Shown piece after piece: positions 51,001-61,887 of a stretch of DNA of 64,000 nucleotides. Below the pieces are notes generated by a model, which ran no database searches, was not told the origin of the DNA, and saw only the letters and a program-made list of their open reading frames with translations. Source of the DNA: Geosiphon pyriformis uo1 (taxonomy: Eukaryota; Fungi; Glomeromycota); assembly GCA_016748015.1 (NCBI GenBank), contig JAAOMT010000603.1, positions 477,532 through 541,531 of the forward strand. Reading direction: 5' to 3'. The translations under genes and the position numbers were made by a program. The first letter of the stretch is position 1, and every line of letters begins with the position of its first letter.

Positions 51001-52359
51001 ATTTTCGACCTAGCAATGGCATTAATTAATGGAGCTACCAAAGAAGATGTTTGCCAAATGAAGGAAGCAGAATACATTGAATACACCATAGAATTAGCTG
51101 GATTCGATTACAAAGACAAAGTAGAAGTCTACTACCAAATTGCAAGTCACACCTACCCAACTCAAAAAGCTCAAATTCAACAATTAGAGCAAATGAACAT
51201 TAGGCTATGTGAAGAATGCATTATGCCTTGCGATGAACAGTGGTGTCCTGAATGCTACACTCTTAGTATCCCCTTGCCCAGTGAAAATAATGAGAATAAA
51301 ATTGAATTTGGAGAACCTGAAGCAATGGAAGAAATTGAAACAACACCTATCTACCTTATCAAAAATCAGCCTGCCTTACAACTTAAATACTTCAACAACA
51401 ACGGACAAGGAATAAAACCTGAAAAAGCACACAAAATTGATGCTGGATATGACCTAAAATATCCAGACAAGGATACTCTTGTTTTCAAACCCAAATCTCT
51501 CACAAAAATCAATCTCAAAATTGCACTTGAAATCCCGCCAGGAGCAATGGTTCAAATTACCTCTTGGTTCTCTCTGGCAAGCAAAGAAATCAATATCAGA
51601 GGAGGAATAATTGATGCTGGATATACTGGAGACATTACAGTAATGCTTCAAAATGAAACTGACAAACCATTCAAAATTGAACATGCCGAAAAAATTGCCC
51701 AAGCTATTTACCTACTCTTAATCAACATTTCGGGTTTGCAACTAGTCAATCAAAGAGAACAATTAGAAAAAAGCGATAAAAAAACCCAAGGTTTTAGTTC
51801 AACTGGACGATTCACAGTTCCAGTTAACATAGCTTTTAACACATGGAATGAATCCCACCAGATTCTCGGACTTTCACAACCAATTACCATCTCACCCTTT
51901 GGAGAACATTCAGAAATCTACACCTGCCCAAAGCCAACAACCACACAACAAATTTTTGAGTCCAATGAACAAGTCTGCTTGGAACATAATATTTTGATCC
52001 CAAACATTTATATTCTAAAAAGAACAAAGAAAGTCCGAGTTAATTTTTATAACCCCAATAATTACCCCATAATTTTATTAAATAATTTAGAAATTGGAGT
52101 TATTCACAGTAATATATTTCAACAAGAATTACTTCAAACAGTCTCCGATTTCTCTGAAATTATTGGACATTCAATACCAAAAATCAACCCAAACCCCAGC
52201 TCCGAAAACTACCATGTTGTCATGGAAAAACTATCTCGAATCAACATGAGACAACTTGAACCACAACAACAGACCCAGCTCAAAGAGCTAATTGCAGAAT
52301 TTGCTGATATCTTCGCTGAAAACAACAATGACTTAGGAAGAACCAATAGTTGTCATTGA
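48028..52359 (+). pseudogene. Single-frame gag-pol remnant: capsid, CCHC, aspartic protease, Cys-rich region, dUTPase, RT N-terminal stub
   Basis: ORFs 48028, 48364, 48880, 49849 and 50812 share one frame. Motifs: YFLKGTAGEWF..AFLEQF, CHYCEISGH*KRDC, LILDSG, DAGYDL/GGIIDAGYTGDI/IAQAI/QGFSSTG and FADIFAENNNDLGRT. Confidence 0.93.
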
Positions 52360-52489
52360 ACAGCCTTACAACTTGAACATTTAATTTAAATTTATTATTA
52401 TAGTTATCTTCTTATAATTTAGAAACAATTTCACAAAAACAAAACAAAAATAACATAAAAACCCATGCACCAAAAATAATTTTCTTTTA

Positions 52490-53218
52490 TTGCTTATAAT
52501 GACTATTCCTCAAAACATTCAACAATTATCCCAAAAACTAATGTTAGCTTTAAAAACAATACCCGAATTATCCATTACTGTTACTGGAAGCCACATTAAT
52601 TATACCCAAACAGAAGTAGTTACAAATTTAGCCCCAAATTCACAAAAATATCACTCGTATAAGAAGAATACAAGAAGTTATACTGGAATTCACCTGCCAG
52701 AACTTTTAAAACTTGCTTTAAGAGAAAATCTAATGCTTACTCCGATTAGTATTCCACCAAATGCTACAATTCAACAAAGACTTCAACTGTGTCTCAATGA
52801 GAAAAACACTGAATATCTTCCAATCTATAGATATTTTCACATTGGAAAAACACTCTACAAATGGAAACTGGAACTTACAACAGCAAACCTTATAAAAAAA
52901 GCTATTCAAAAACAACTTTACAACAAATTCAAGACAACAGCTGGATCAACAAACAGTCACTACAGGGTCAAAGCTGCTCTTAGACTTTATGACTTATTCT
53001 ACACATGTGAAAACATACTACAAAACCCAATTTTTCAACCTTTGAAGATTCAATACATTGGAAAGCTCACAGAACTGAAATTTCAACAATTTTCAGACCA
53101 AATTTCTTCAATAATTTTGGATTATTATCTGAAAATGACAAACAGTACTTGGACTTTGATGGAGCTCAGTCTTGAGGAGGAGGTTATGTTACCAGACGAA
53201 ATTAGAGATATTATTTAG
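52490..53218 (+). CDS. Extra ORF (ORF3, env position) of the gypsy element, unknown function; first ATG at 52499
   Basis: Uninterrupted ~240-aa frame between the pol end and the 3' LTR. The C-terminal part is conserved in copy B (~41140-40950, minus strand). Confidence 0.7.
   Translation: MLIMTIPQNIQQLSQKLMLALKTIPELSITVTGSHINYTQTEVVTNLAPNSQKYHSYKKNTRSYTGIHLPELLKLALRENLMLTPISIPPNATIQQRLQLCLNEKNTEYLPIYRYFHIGKTLYKWKLELTTANLIKKAIQKQLYNKFKTTAGSTNSHYRVKAALRLYDLFYTCENILQNPIFQPLKIQYIGKLTELKFQQFSDQISSIILDYYLKMTNSTWTLMELSLEEEVMLPDEIRDII
53174..53183 (+). other. Polypurine tract GAGGAGGAGG
   Basis: Lies 3 nt upstream of the 3' LTR and is the same in copy B. Confidence 0.85.
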
Positions 53219-54175
53219 CATAAAATTATCTTATAATTTCTATTATTAATTAGCATATATTATCGTTTCAAATTATCATTTATTACATTAGCAAAAATGT
53301 CCGAAATTATCATTTAATTAATAACCCAAATTGTACACAATACAAATGTAACCTAATTGCAATGATCAATCATGTAATACCCCAAACTATGTAACATTCA
53401 AAAGTTTGCTGAAATTTATAGAAATTTGCCGAAATAATTGATAATTCACTGAAATATCTAATAGTTCGCAGAAATAACTTGTAGTTCACTGAAATGTATC
53501 TTTAGTTCAGCAAAATTGTAGAAAATAACAAAGTTCAAGTTCATAGAATAGTGTTACGACAAGTTGTATAAAAGAAGAGCTTCTCTCTTTGAGAAAATAT
53601 ATCTTACTTTAGATTTATCACTTAGAACCATTCTTACATACACAAAAAAGAAATAAATATCAAATAATTCAAAAAACCAAAACTCTTTAAATTATTGCAC
53701 TTGGAAAATCCTCAAAAACCCAACTAATATTTTGAAATTGATTAGCTACCAATTTCAGTAAACTGTTAGTGACTCCAGGCCTGGATAGAAAACGTTTCCC
53801 TTGACAGAATTCTATTTCTTTTACATTTCTTTTATTTTTTTCTTTTCTTTTCTTTTCTTTTTACAATCATTAGGGTAGCCTACAGACAAAATTTCTGTAA
53901 AAGAGTTGACTTTTACAGCAAAGTAACTATACATTTTAGTAAGCTTCCAGACGAGCAATTTCTGGGAAAGAGTTGACATTTACTACAATGTAACTACATA
54001 AAGTAACTGACATGGAATTGGCCATTCTACTTATAAGTTCAGCAGTTCAAATTATAGGAGATAATTTGAAGATAAATTCAGTTATTGGAGGTTCAACCAC
54101 ATCCAAAAAACGTGAATTTACAGCAAACAAACATCAACAACATTTAAAAAAAGAGACCAAAAACCTCCAGTAACA
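53187..54175 (+). repeat. 3' LTR (989 bp)
   Basis: Same length as the 5' LTR with about 40 substitutions. Confidence 0.96.
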
Positions 54176-54871
54176 CCATATTAAACATTGAGCCTATATG
54201 AAGAAAGCCAACCTAATTCCACTAGATGGTTTGGCTTTTATGTCAGTTTCGAGTTTGGCTTTGAGATTTTTTGCTGGTGTGGTCAAATTGCTTGGCATTA
54301 TTGAAGCTTTTGGTGTCTGTTTTGGTTTTTGCAAGTCTTGTTTGTTTTTTTCAGATATTGGTGACCTGGTTTCTGTCAATATAAGTGCATAGTGTTGTCC
54401 TGACTGGTTCGAGTGGCTGGTTACGTGTAGAAAATACATGATTCATGCTTAGTATAGATTATTTTTTTTGGTGTATAGTGCTAAGTAGTGTTTGAACCTC
54501 ACTTGTTAATTGTTAAAAAAAAAAAAAAAGATTTTTCTATTGTTAAAGCAATTAGATAAAATGTTTTAACAATGTTTTTCTTAAATATTAATAATAAAAA
54601 ACTGTTTTTGGTGGTTTTTAAAACATTTTTTTTACTTTTAACTAGTGTTTTTTCTTTAGTCAAAGTTTTTTTTAAAAAATACATTTAAATTAATTCTAGT
54701 ATTTTTTAAGAGCTCAAAAATATTCAATAACAGATTAGTTAACAAGCCAATTTTTTCTATATTACTATTAATATTACTGTTACTTTTTACAAATAGCCGA
54801 AAAAACCAAAAAATTAAAAAAACAATAATAGTTACTTATATCTATTATTGTTATACTAAATTATTTTATAG

Positions 54872-56188
54872 TATTATAGAAGACTTTTTTTGGTAATTGT
54901 ACTATGATTAATTTTTATAATTGATAGTTTCAGTAATAATAACATCTGAATTAACTAACTTCAGATGTGTAGATAAGTATATTAGTTTCTATGAATATTA
55001 TGCTTAATTTATACTAATTTTTATTTGATAGATTATTATTATTTTTTTATTTAAAGATCTAAAGATTAGCCTGGTAAGTTTTTATCTAATTTCTAGTCAT
55101 ATTGTATAATTTTTTTTGATAAGTGGTTTTCTATTGGTTTTAATGTGTTGTGTAATATTGTTATTAAAATTGTTAGTGATAGCTATTATTATGTTAGTTC
55201 TCTAAAGAAAATTTTTGTTATATCCCTATACTTCCAATTGTGTTTTTTCTTAAAGTTTCCATGAAAATGTTTTTTATTTTATGTTAATATTAAATATTTG
55301 TATTTCTTTACTTTTACTAAAGTAATATTTTGTTCTGAATAAATTTCAAGAAAATTTTAAAGAAAAAAAGTTAAATTTCAACAAAATTAGTGTTTGCAAA
55401 TAATCTTGATCAGAAATTATTCTTTAAGGACATAAAGAGCTTATTCTGGATTTTTAAGTCAATTGTTGATTTGGGTTAAGATATTTTCACATATTGTTTC
55501 TAAATAATTTTCATGTGATTAATATTTTTATTCTATATAGTTATTTTTATAATGTTTAGGGTTTTTTTTAGCTTTCATCAAGGTATTAGATGTCTCCACT
55601 ATTATTTTATTATTATTAATAGAAAGTAATAATGATAGAAATAGTGACTTTTTTGAATTATTGAAGAAGAAAAAAAAGAAGTAAAAGAAAAAAAGGGAAG
55701 GAATGAAGACCAGTTAGAGAGAAAATCTTCAATTTTCACTAATTTTAGTATTAAAAAATAGTATAATATAAAGTTGAGAGACTGTATTTTCAGCTTTTTT
55801 AGAGAATTATAATCTAATTTTTTCATTTTTTTTTTATTTGATTTTTGTCTAATTGACTTTTTTTATTTATTATTATTCCCTATTTGTCTGTTTTTCTAAT
55901 TAAAAAGCTATTATATATATACATATTTTAAGTTATACATAATTGTGTCTATTTTAACTAATTAGTAAGTAATTGCTAAATTATTGGGTCTTTTATTTAA
56001 TTGTAAGTATTTCTTGGCTTATTTGTTCATAATTATATTAAATTAAGTGTATTTGTATATGTTTTGTATGTTATTATGTACATATTACATTTTCTAATTT
56101 TATTTATTGTTCTATACTATTTATATTAATTGGTTAATATATTATGATATTATTATTTTTGATTTTTGTTAATTTCTATTAAATAATA
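54872..56188 (-). mobile_element. Solo LTR (second family, ~1.3 kb), TSD ATAG
   Basis: TATTA...TAATA termini (TGTTA...TAACA after G>A and C>T). ATAG at 54868-54871 and 56189-56192. Removal restores the host ORF1. It has inverted homology to 57896-58350. Confidence 0.8.
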
Positions 56189-57895
56189 ATAGTTTTAAAT
56201 AAAATTTTGAATAAAATTTCTCTAATAACAACTAGTTTTTTTCCTAATATAGATAACAATAACAATAGTATGTCTTCTAAAATAAGCCAAAATTACTATT
56301 AACTATATTGTCAAATATGGTGTTTTCTAATAAATTATTACTGGTTTTAAAAACAAAACAACTTATTAAGTTATTTAATCTTAAAAATTGGGCTAATTAA
56401 ATAAAAACTAAATCAATTTCTTCTTTTTTATTTTTTAGTATTGTTTTTAATAATATCTGAAAAACAATTTCTAGTCATTAAAAATTTTCTAAATAAGTAG
56501 TTTTTACTTTAATGTTTAATTCTACTTTTAAGATTAAGTTGGTTTTAGTTAATTTTTTGTTTTATCTGTTGTCTGGTTTTGTTAAATTCAAGTTAGTTCT
56601 TCTGTATAAATTTTGTTTCTAAAACTTTTTTGGTTGTTATTATTAAAGTTTTTATTGGTAGATTTTTTTTTGACTATACTTAAGATTGCAAAATCTTTTG
56701 TGGTAGTTCCTGGCTTCTTTTTTTTCATGTTTGTTATACTCCATAATATTTTAATTGATATATTTTTTACTGACATTAAAAATGTTTTTGGTATTTTTGG
56801 TATTATTACTTTTGTTAATTTAAAATCTATTAGTTTATAATAATATATTATTGTTAATTTTAAGAACTTTTTTTTTGCTGCTGCTGTTTTTGATAATTAA
56901 TTTATGCTAGTAAAAAAACAGTGTTTGAATTATTTTTCTTCTTAATCAAAAAAAATTATTATCTTAAAAGATTTTTTTAAGACCAAATTAATCAATTTTT
57001 TTTTGCTGTATTGTTTTTAAAATTAATAATATAATTTTTTAGATTAATAGCTGTATTTGTTTTATTTTTTATTTTTTGAATTTTTATCATTGTTAATACT
57101 TTGCTATTATTATAAAATACTAAAGCTTATTGTAGTAAAAATTGGTATTTTATATAAGTATTATATTTAATAAGAAACTTTTAAATGCTGTTATTATTAC
57201 AAATATCAAATTTTGAACTATTTGTTTGCTAATTGTAAAATAGTATCATCTCTTTCTTCTAAGTTGTTTTTTAAATCTGTTGTTGATTCTTGGTTTTTGT
57301 ATTATTTGTTATTAATAACAAATTTTATGCTATAGTTTTTGCCAATTTAATTTTATTTTTGCTGTTTTTGTTATTAATCCTGTTATTAAGTTTAGATTAG
57401 ACTTATTGAAATTTTAAATCTTGAACTTAACTGTTCTAATAAAGTTTATTGTTAAACTTATTAGTTCTTTAGTCGTTTTAGTAATTTTTTTGTATCTGAA
57501 AATATGTACAAAAATTACAAAGTTTAAAAAAATTTATTTACTATGCTTAATATTTTTTAGAATTTTGTTTTTCTTTTAGCTAGTGTATTTAAAAACTTTA
57601 CTAGTCTTAAAATTAAAATTAAATTTAATAATATAAATAATAATAATTTAAGTATTACTAAACTATGTTTTTTGAATAAAAAAACATGTAGTAAATATGT
57701 AGTTTTAAAGTTAAAAATAGTATTAAAAAAACTAGACTGTTTTTAAGTAAGTTTATTTTTAATTCTAAAAATTTAAATAGTATTATTAAAAAATTTAGTA
57801 AACAGAATTTATTCTTGGCTTTTTTTAGTTTAATTTAGTTAGTGCTTTAATTAACTTAGGTGGTTAATTACATATAAAAAATGCATAATTAATAT

Positions 57896-60480
57896 TATTA
57901 CTCAATAAAAATTAATAAAAATCAAAAATATTAATATTATAAAATATTAATCAATTATTAAATAATAATATAAATAGCACAAAACAACAAATAAAATTAA
58001 AAAATGTAATGTGTACACAATAATATATAAAATGTGCACAAATACACTCTATTTAATATGATTATAAACAAGTAAGTTAAGAAGTATTATAATTAAACAA
58101 AAAACTTAATAATTTAATAATTACTTACTAATTAATTAAAATAAGCACAATTATATATAACTTGAAATATGTATATATATAATAGCTTTTTAACTTAAAA
58201 AAAGACAAATTAATAAGAAGTTAACTAGATAAAATAAAAAATAAAAAAAAGAGAATTAAATTATAATTCCAAGAAAAACTAGAAAGTATATCTTTTTAGT
58301 TTTATATTATAAAACTTATTAATAACAAAATTAATAAATTGAAGATCTTTTTTCAGGTTTTAATAAAAATTTAAAAAAGATTACCACTTTTTTGTAACAT
58401 TTGGTGCTTACTTTGAAATCCAATTTTAATTTATTTAAATTATCTAAATTCTAATAATAATTAATTGTGTAAATTAGTAGATTAAAGTGACAAACAAGTA
58501 ATACTTACTGATTTTTTTAGCTAAAACCTATATTATTAATTTCAAAAAAGATTGAAATTATCTGATAATTGTCTTTTAGCTAAATTAATTTTCAATTACT
58601 ATGTATATTATTAAATTTAATACTTACTAAAACAAAACTCAAAGTGCTTTAAAAAAAACAAACCTTATATTAAAAATTAACTCTATATATTATACTATCT
58701 AATACACAATTATTTTTAATAACTTTGGTACAAATACACCAAGAAATTAAGAAATATACACAGCAAATTTTTCTATTTACTTTTAATAAAAACAAAAAAA
58801 AAACAATAAATAAGATAATTAATAAAAACCAAACATTTTAGTATAAACACTTTATTAAAAAAACATGAATTAATAGCAAATACTAATTTTATTATATAAA
58901 AAACTCCAAATTATATTACCAAAAACCTTATTTATTATTTATTATCAAATAACCAAATTAATATATTATTAAAAGCTGTGTTTTTATCTATTACAAAAAC
59001 AACTTCTTAAACTTTTAACTATATTTATATTTTATTTGGAGAAAAACTTATTAAAAATTTATTTTAAAGAAATATTTTTTGCAATTTTTAAATCCATTAT
59101 TTCTATAATCAAACTTTTAGACTATTTAAAAACTTAAACCTAAATCTAAACTTAAATTTAAGAACAATATACCAGAAAAAAAATTTTTAAGTAAATTGGA
59201 ACCAAAATTTATAGTTTTTTCTATTAAAATATCTGTGAATTTTTAAAAAATAGCTGCTTTTTATATTGTAAATTAATTAACTTTACTAAAAAAAAAAAAT
59301 GCTTATAATTAGATTAAAAAAAACACAAAAAGCAATTTTAATGAATAATTAAAATAAAATCTATAGTCTTTAGACTTTATTATTTTTTTTAAAAAACACA
59401 GCTAATTTATAGTATCAAAATCTGGATTTCAAATTCAGTACTTTTGCATAATTCTAAAATATATTTCTAAAATACTTTTGTAATTTTAACACTATTATCA
59501 AATTTTAAAACAAATTTAGTACTATTAAATAACAGTTTAATAAAACAGTAATTAAATATTTTAGTAGATTTAATTATATCTTATAACAAATTAGAGTTAT
59601 AGAAAATAACTATTATACAGTCTCTTAGATTTTCAATTAATTTGTAAAAAATTTAAGAAGTAGTATTTTAAAATAAGTATAATTATAATACTTAAAAGAT
59701 TTATTTTAAACTGTTATATTAGCCTGAAATATTAAGTTAGCCAAAAAAAAAGCTAACTATAATAAAATAATTAATTTGGTAATAAATAATAATAACACCA
59801 AATAACTCAAAGACAAGATTATTTAACTTGAAAAAAATTATCTTAAAAGAAAAAAAGTTATTTTGTTAATACTAAATTTTAAGCATTGAATTATTATCAA
59901 CTGTTATAACAGCAAAATCAAACACTTTTTTAAAATTGTAACTATTAAAACCAAAGTAAAAACCAACAAAATATATTTATATATTATTATTGTTAAAAAC
60001 ACAGATATATTAAAGCTAAATATTGATTATTACAATCTTATCAAAACTTATAAAAAACAATTTATAAAACTTATTTTTTAGTAATCAATACATAATATCT
60101 TAAAATTAATACTTAATATCAATTTAATAATATTCTTAATAATAACTATTATAATAATAAAATCTAATTCAGCCATAATACTTAATTTTATTACAATAAT
60201 TATAGCAATTACCAATTTTTAAATTCTTAAATAAGAAAAATAATAATAATCTATTAAATAGAAATCTAGTATAAATTAAGAATAGCATATATTAAGATTG
60301 ATATATTTATTTACACATTATAATTAGATAATTTCAGTATTATTTTTTAATCATAGTATAATCTCTAAAAAAAACTGCTTTATAATAATATCTAATTTAA
60401 ATTACTTAGTTTGATATATTGTATTAAATAGTTTTTGAACATATTTTGTTAAAACATTAATAATAATAAAATTTTGTTAT
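57896..60480 (+). mobile_element. Decayed LTR retrotransposon (second family): short 5' LTR 57896-58399, PBS, degraded internal region
   Basis: The LTR is homologous to the solo LTR at 54872-56188, ends TGTAACA and is followed by TTTGGTGCT. The right boundary and internal identity are uncertain. Confidence 0.65.
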
Positions 60481-60519
60481 AAAAATATCAAAAAATTTAT
60501 AATATAAAAAACAAAAATA

Positions 60520-61855
60520 AAATATTATAAAAACTTTTTTCTCTCTTATATTCAAAAATTCCTAAAAAGTTTTTTGTCTTTGTTTTTCTTGTAATATTAT
60601 TTTTAATGTTTTTTTAAGCAATTAATTTTTTTATAATAAATCTAAAAACTGTTTTAAATAGCAGTATGTTTAAAAAAAAAACACTTAAGAAAACTTTTTA
60701 TAATCTAATTGAAAGTTTTTTTTCTCAAAAGAAAAAAGTTTTTGTAAATAATATTAAGTATTCTAATAATAATAAAAATATTTCTTTGGTCAAACCTAAT
60801 TCTAAAAGTAGTATATATTTAGATATAAATAATGATTTCAGTAATTATAAAATTATTAATGTCTTAATAAGTACTGGTAATAGTTTTTTTCTTAATTTAA
60901 CAATAATAATTTCTAAAGCAAAAAAGTTATTACTAATTTAGAATATAATTTTTCTATTTGTACAATTCATTATAATATGAATAAAGATAAAAGACTTCTT
61001 TTTCTTTTTTTTAATATCTTTTTAAACAAAAAATAAATTAACTTCAATATAATAAAAACTTAAATTAAGCTAGTTATTAAAAAATTTTTTGCTTTAAATA
61101 TTAACTTATTAACAATTAAAAATAAACTAGCAACAGCAAAAGTACAGATTATTAGAAAGATTTTTTTAAAAGTAAATAGTTTTGAAAAAACTACTATTTT
61201 TTCAAATTTGAAAAAATAATCAGACTTATATTTATATTAGAAGAGAACATAAAAAACAGCTTTATTAATTAAAAAAAAAACATTAAAGTAAACAACAATC
61301 TTAAAAGACAAAAATTTTGTTTAGATCAAACTGTGATGATAAAAAAAATTCCTATAAATATACCAAAAAATAATAATTATAGCTTTTTTTGAATTTAGTT
61401 AAGTAGTATTAATTTAATTGCAACTTATTAAACTATGGCAAAAGACTGTGTTATGGGTAAACTTGGTATGATATAGTGATAACATTTGGTGCTTAAAATT
61501 TGGGTTTTTAAGAAGCTTTTAAAGATTTTTTTTTGATAGGCTTGTTTGTTGTATCAGTGTTATTAGTTTCTGAAAATCTGTTTGATTGTTATAAATTTAC
61601 TTATAGAGTTCTTTGGTTATAAGACACAGAGAGATGTTTTGCAGTATTGCAATGTTTTGTATATAAATATGAGCTATCTTTTCCAAGCTAATAAGTACAA
61701 TTATTAGAGTCTGGTGGTGTCTTTTTACTTTTCTGGTAAGTTATCAAGATAATATTAATATCTAAACTTAAGAAGAGCTTTCTTCTTTTACCAGATTATC
61801 ACAAAGTCTATTTCTAAACAGTCAATTTTTCTATATTACCATTTCACAAAAGAGA

Positions 61856-61887
<32 letters not shown>

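Larger units (their letters stand above)
46994..54175 (+). mobile_element. Ty3/gypsy copy A with both LTRs: gag, protease, Cys-rich domain, dUTPase, deleted RT/RNaseH/integrase, extra ORF; 4-bp TSD CCAT
   Basis: LTRs at 46994-47982 and 53187-54175. CCAT at 46990-46993 and 54176-54179. Removing the element restores LINE ORF2 (IWSVH|IKH). Confidence 0.96.
38486..54529 (+). mobile_element. LINE (ORF1 plus ORF2 APE-RT-RNaseH-CCHC) with poly(A), interrupted by two LTR elements
   Basis: ORF1 lies at ~38600-39998 and 42411-42521, ORF2 at 42518-46993 and 54180-54392. The 3' UTR and A-tail run to 54529. There is a probable A-rich TSD (AAAAAAAGA) at 38477-38485 and 54523-54531. Confidence 0.92.
38403..57895 (+). 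mobile_element. Old hypermutated ORF1-only element split into three pieces (38403-38485, 54532-54871, 56189-57895) by later insertions
   Basis: The pieces translate colinearly to the 7139-9541 protein: MIITKTKCKK..NKISIKK | DFSIVKAIR*NVL..FNNRLVNKPIF..FIV | LNKILNKIS..RLDLL..TRLFLSKFIFNSKNLN, followed by the shared 3' UTR relic at ~57840-57890. Confidence 0.8.

Noticed and set aside
61480-61495. TAACA-TTTGGTGCT (LTR end plus PBS look-alike) inside the solo LTR
   Set aside because: It is only ~30 bp from the terminus with no gag following, and the TSD defines a single 1-kb unit. Treated as probably coincidental.
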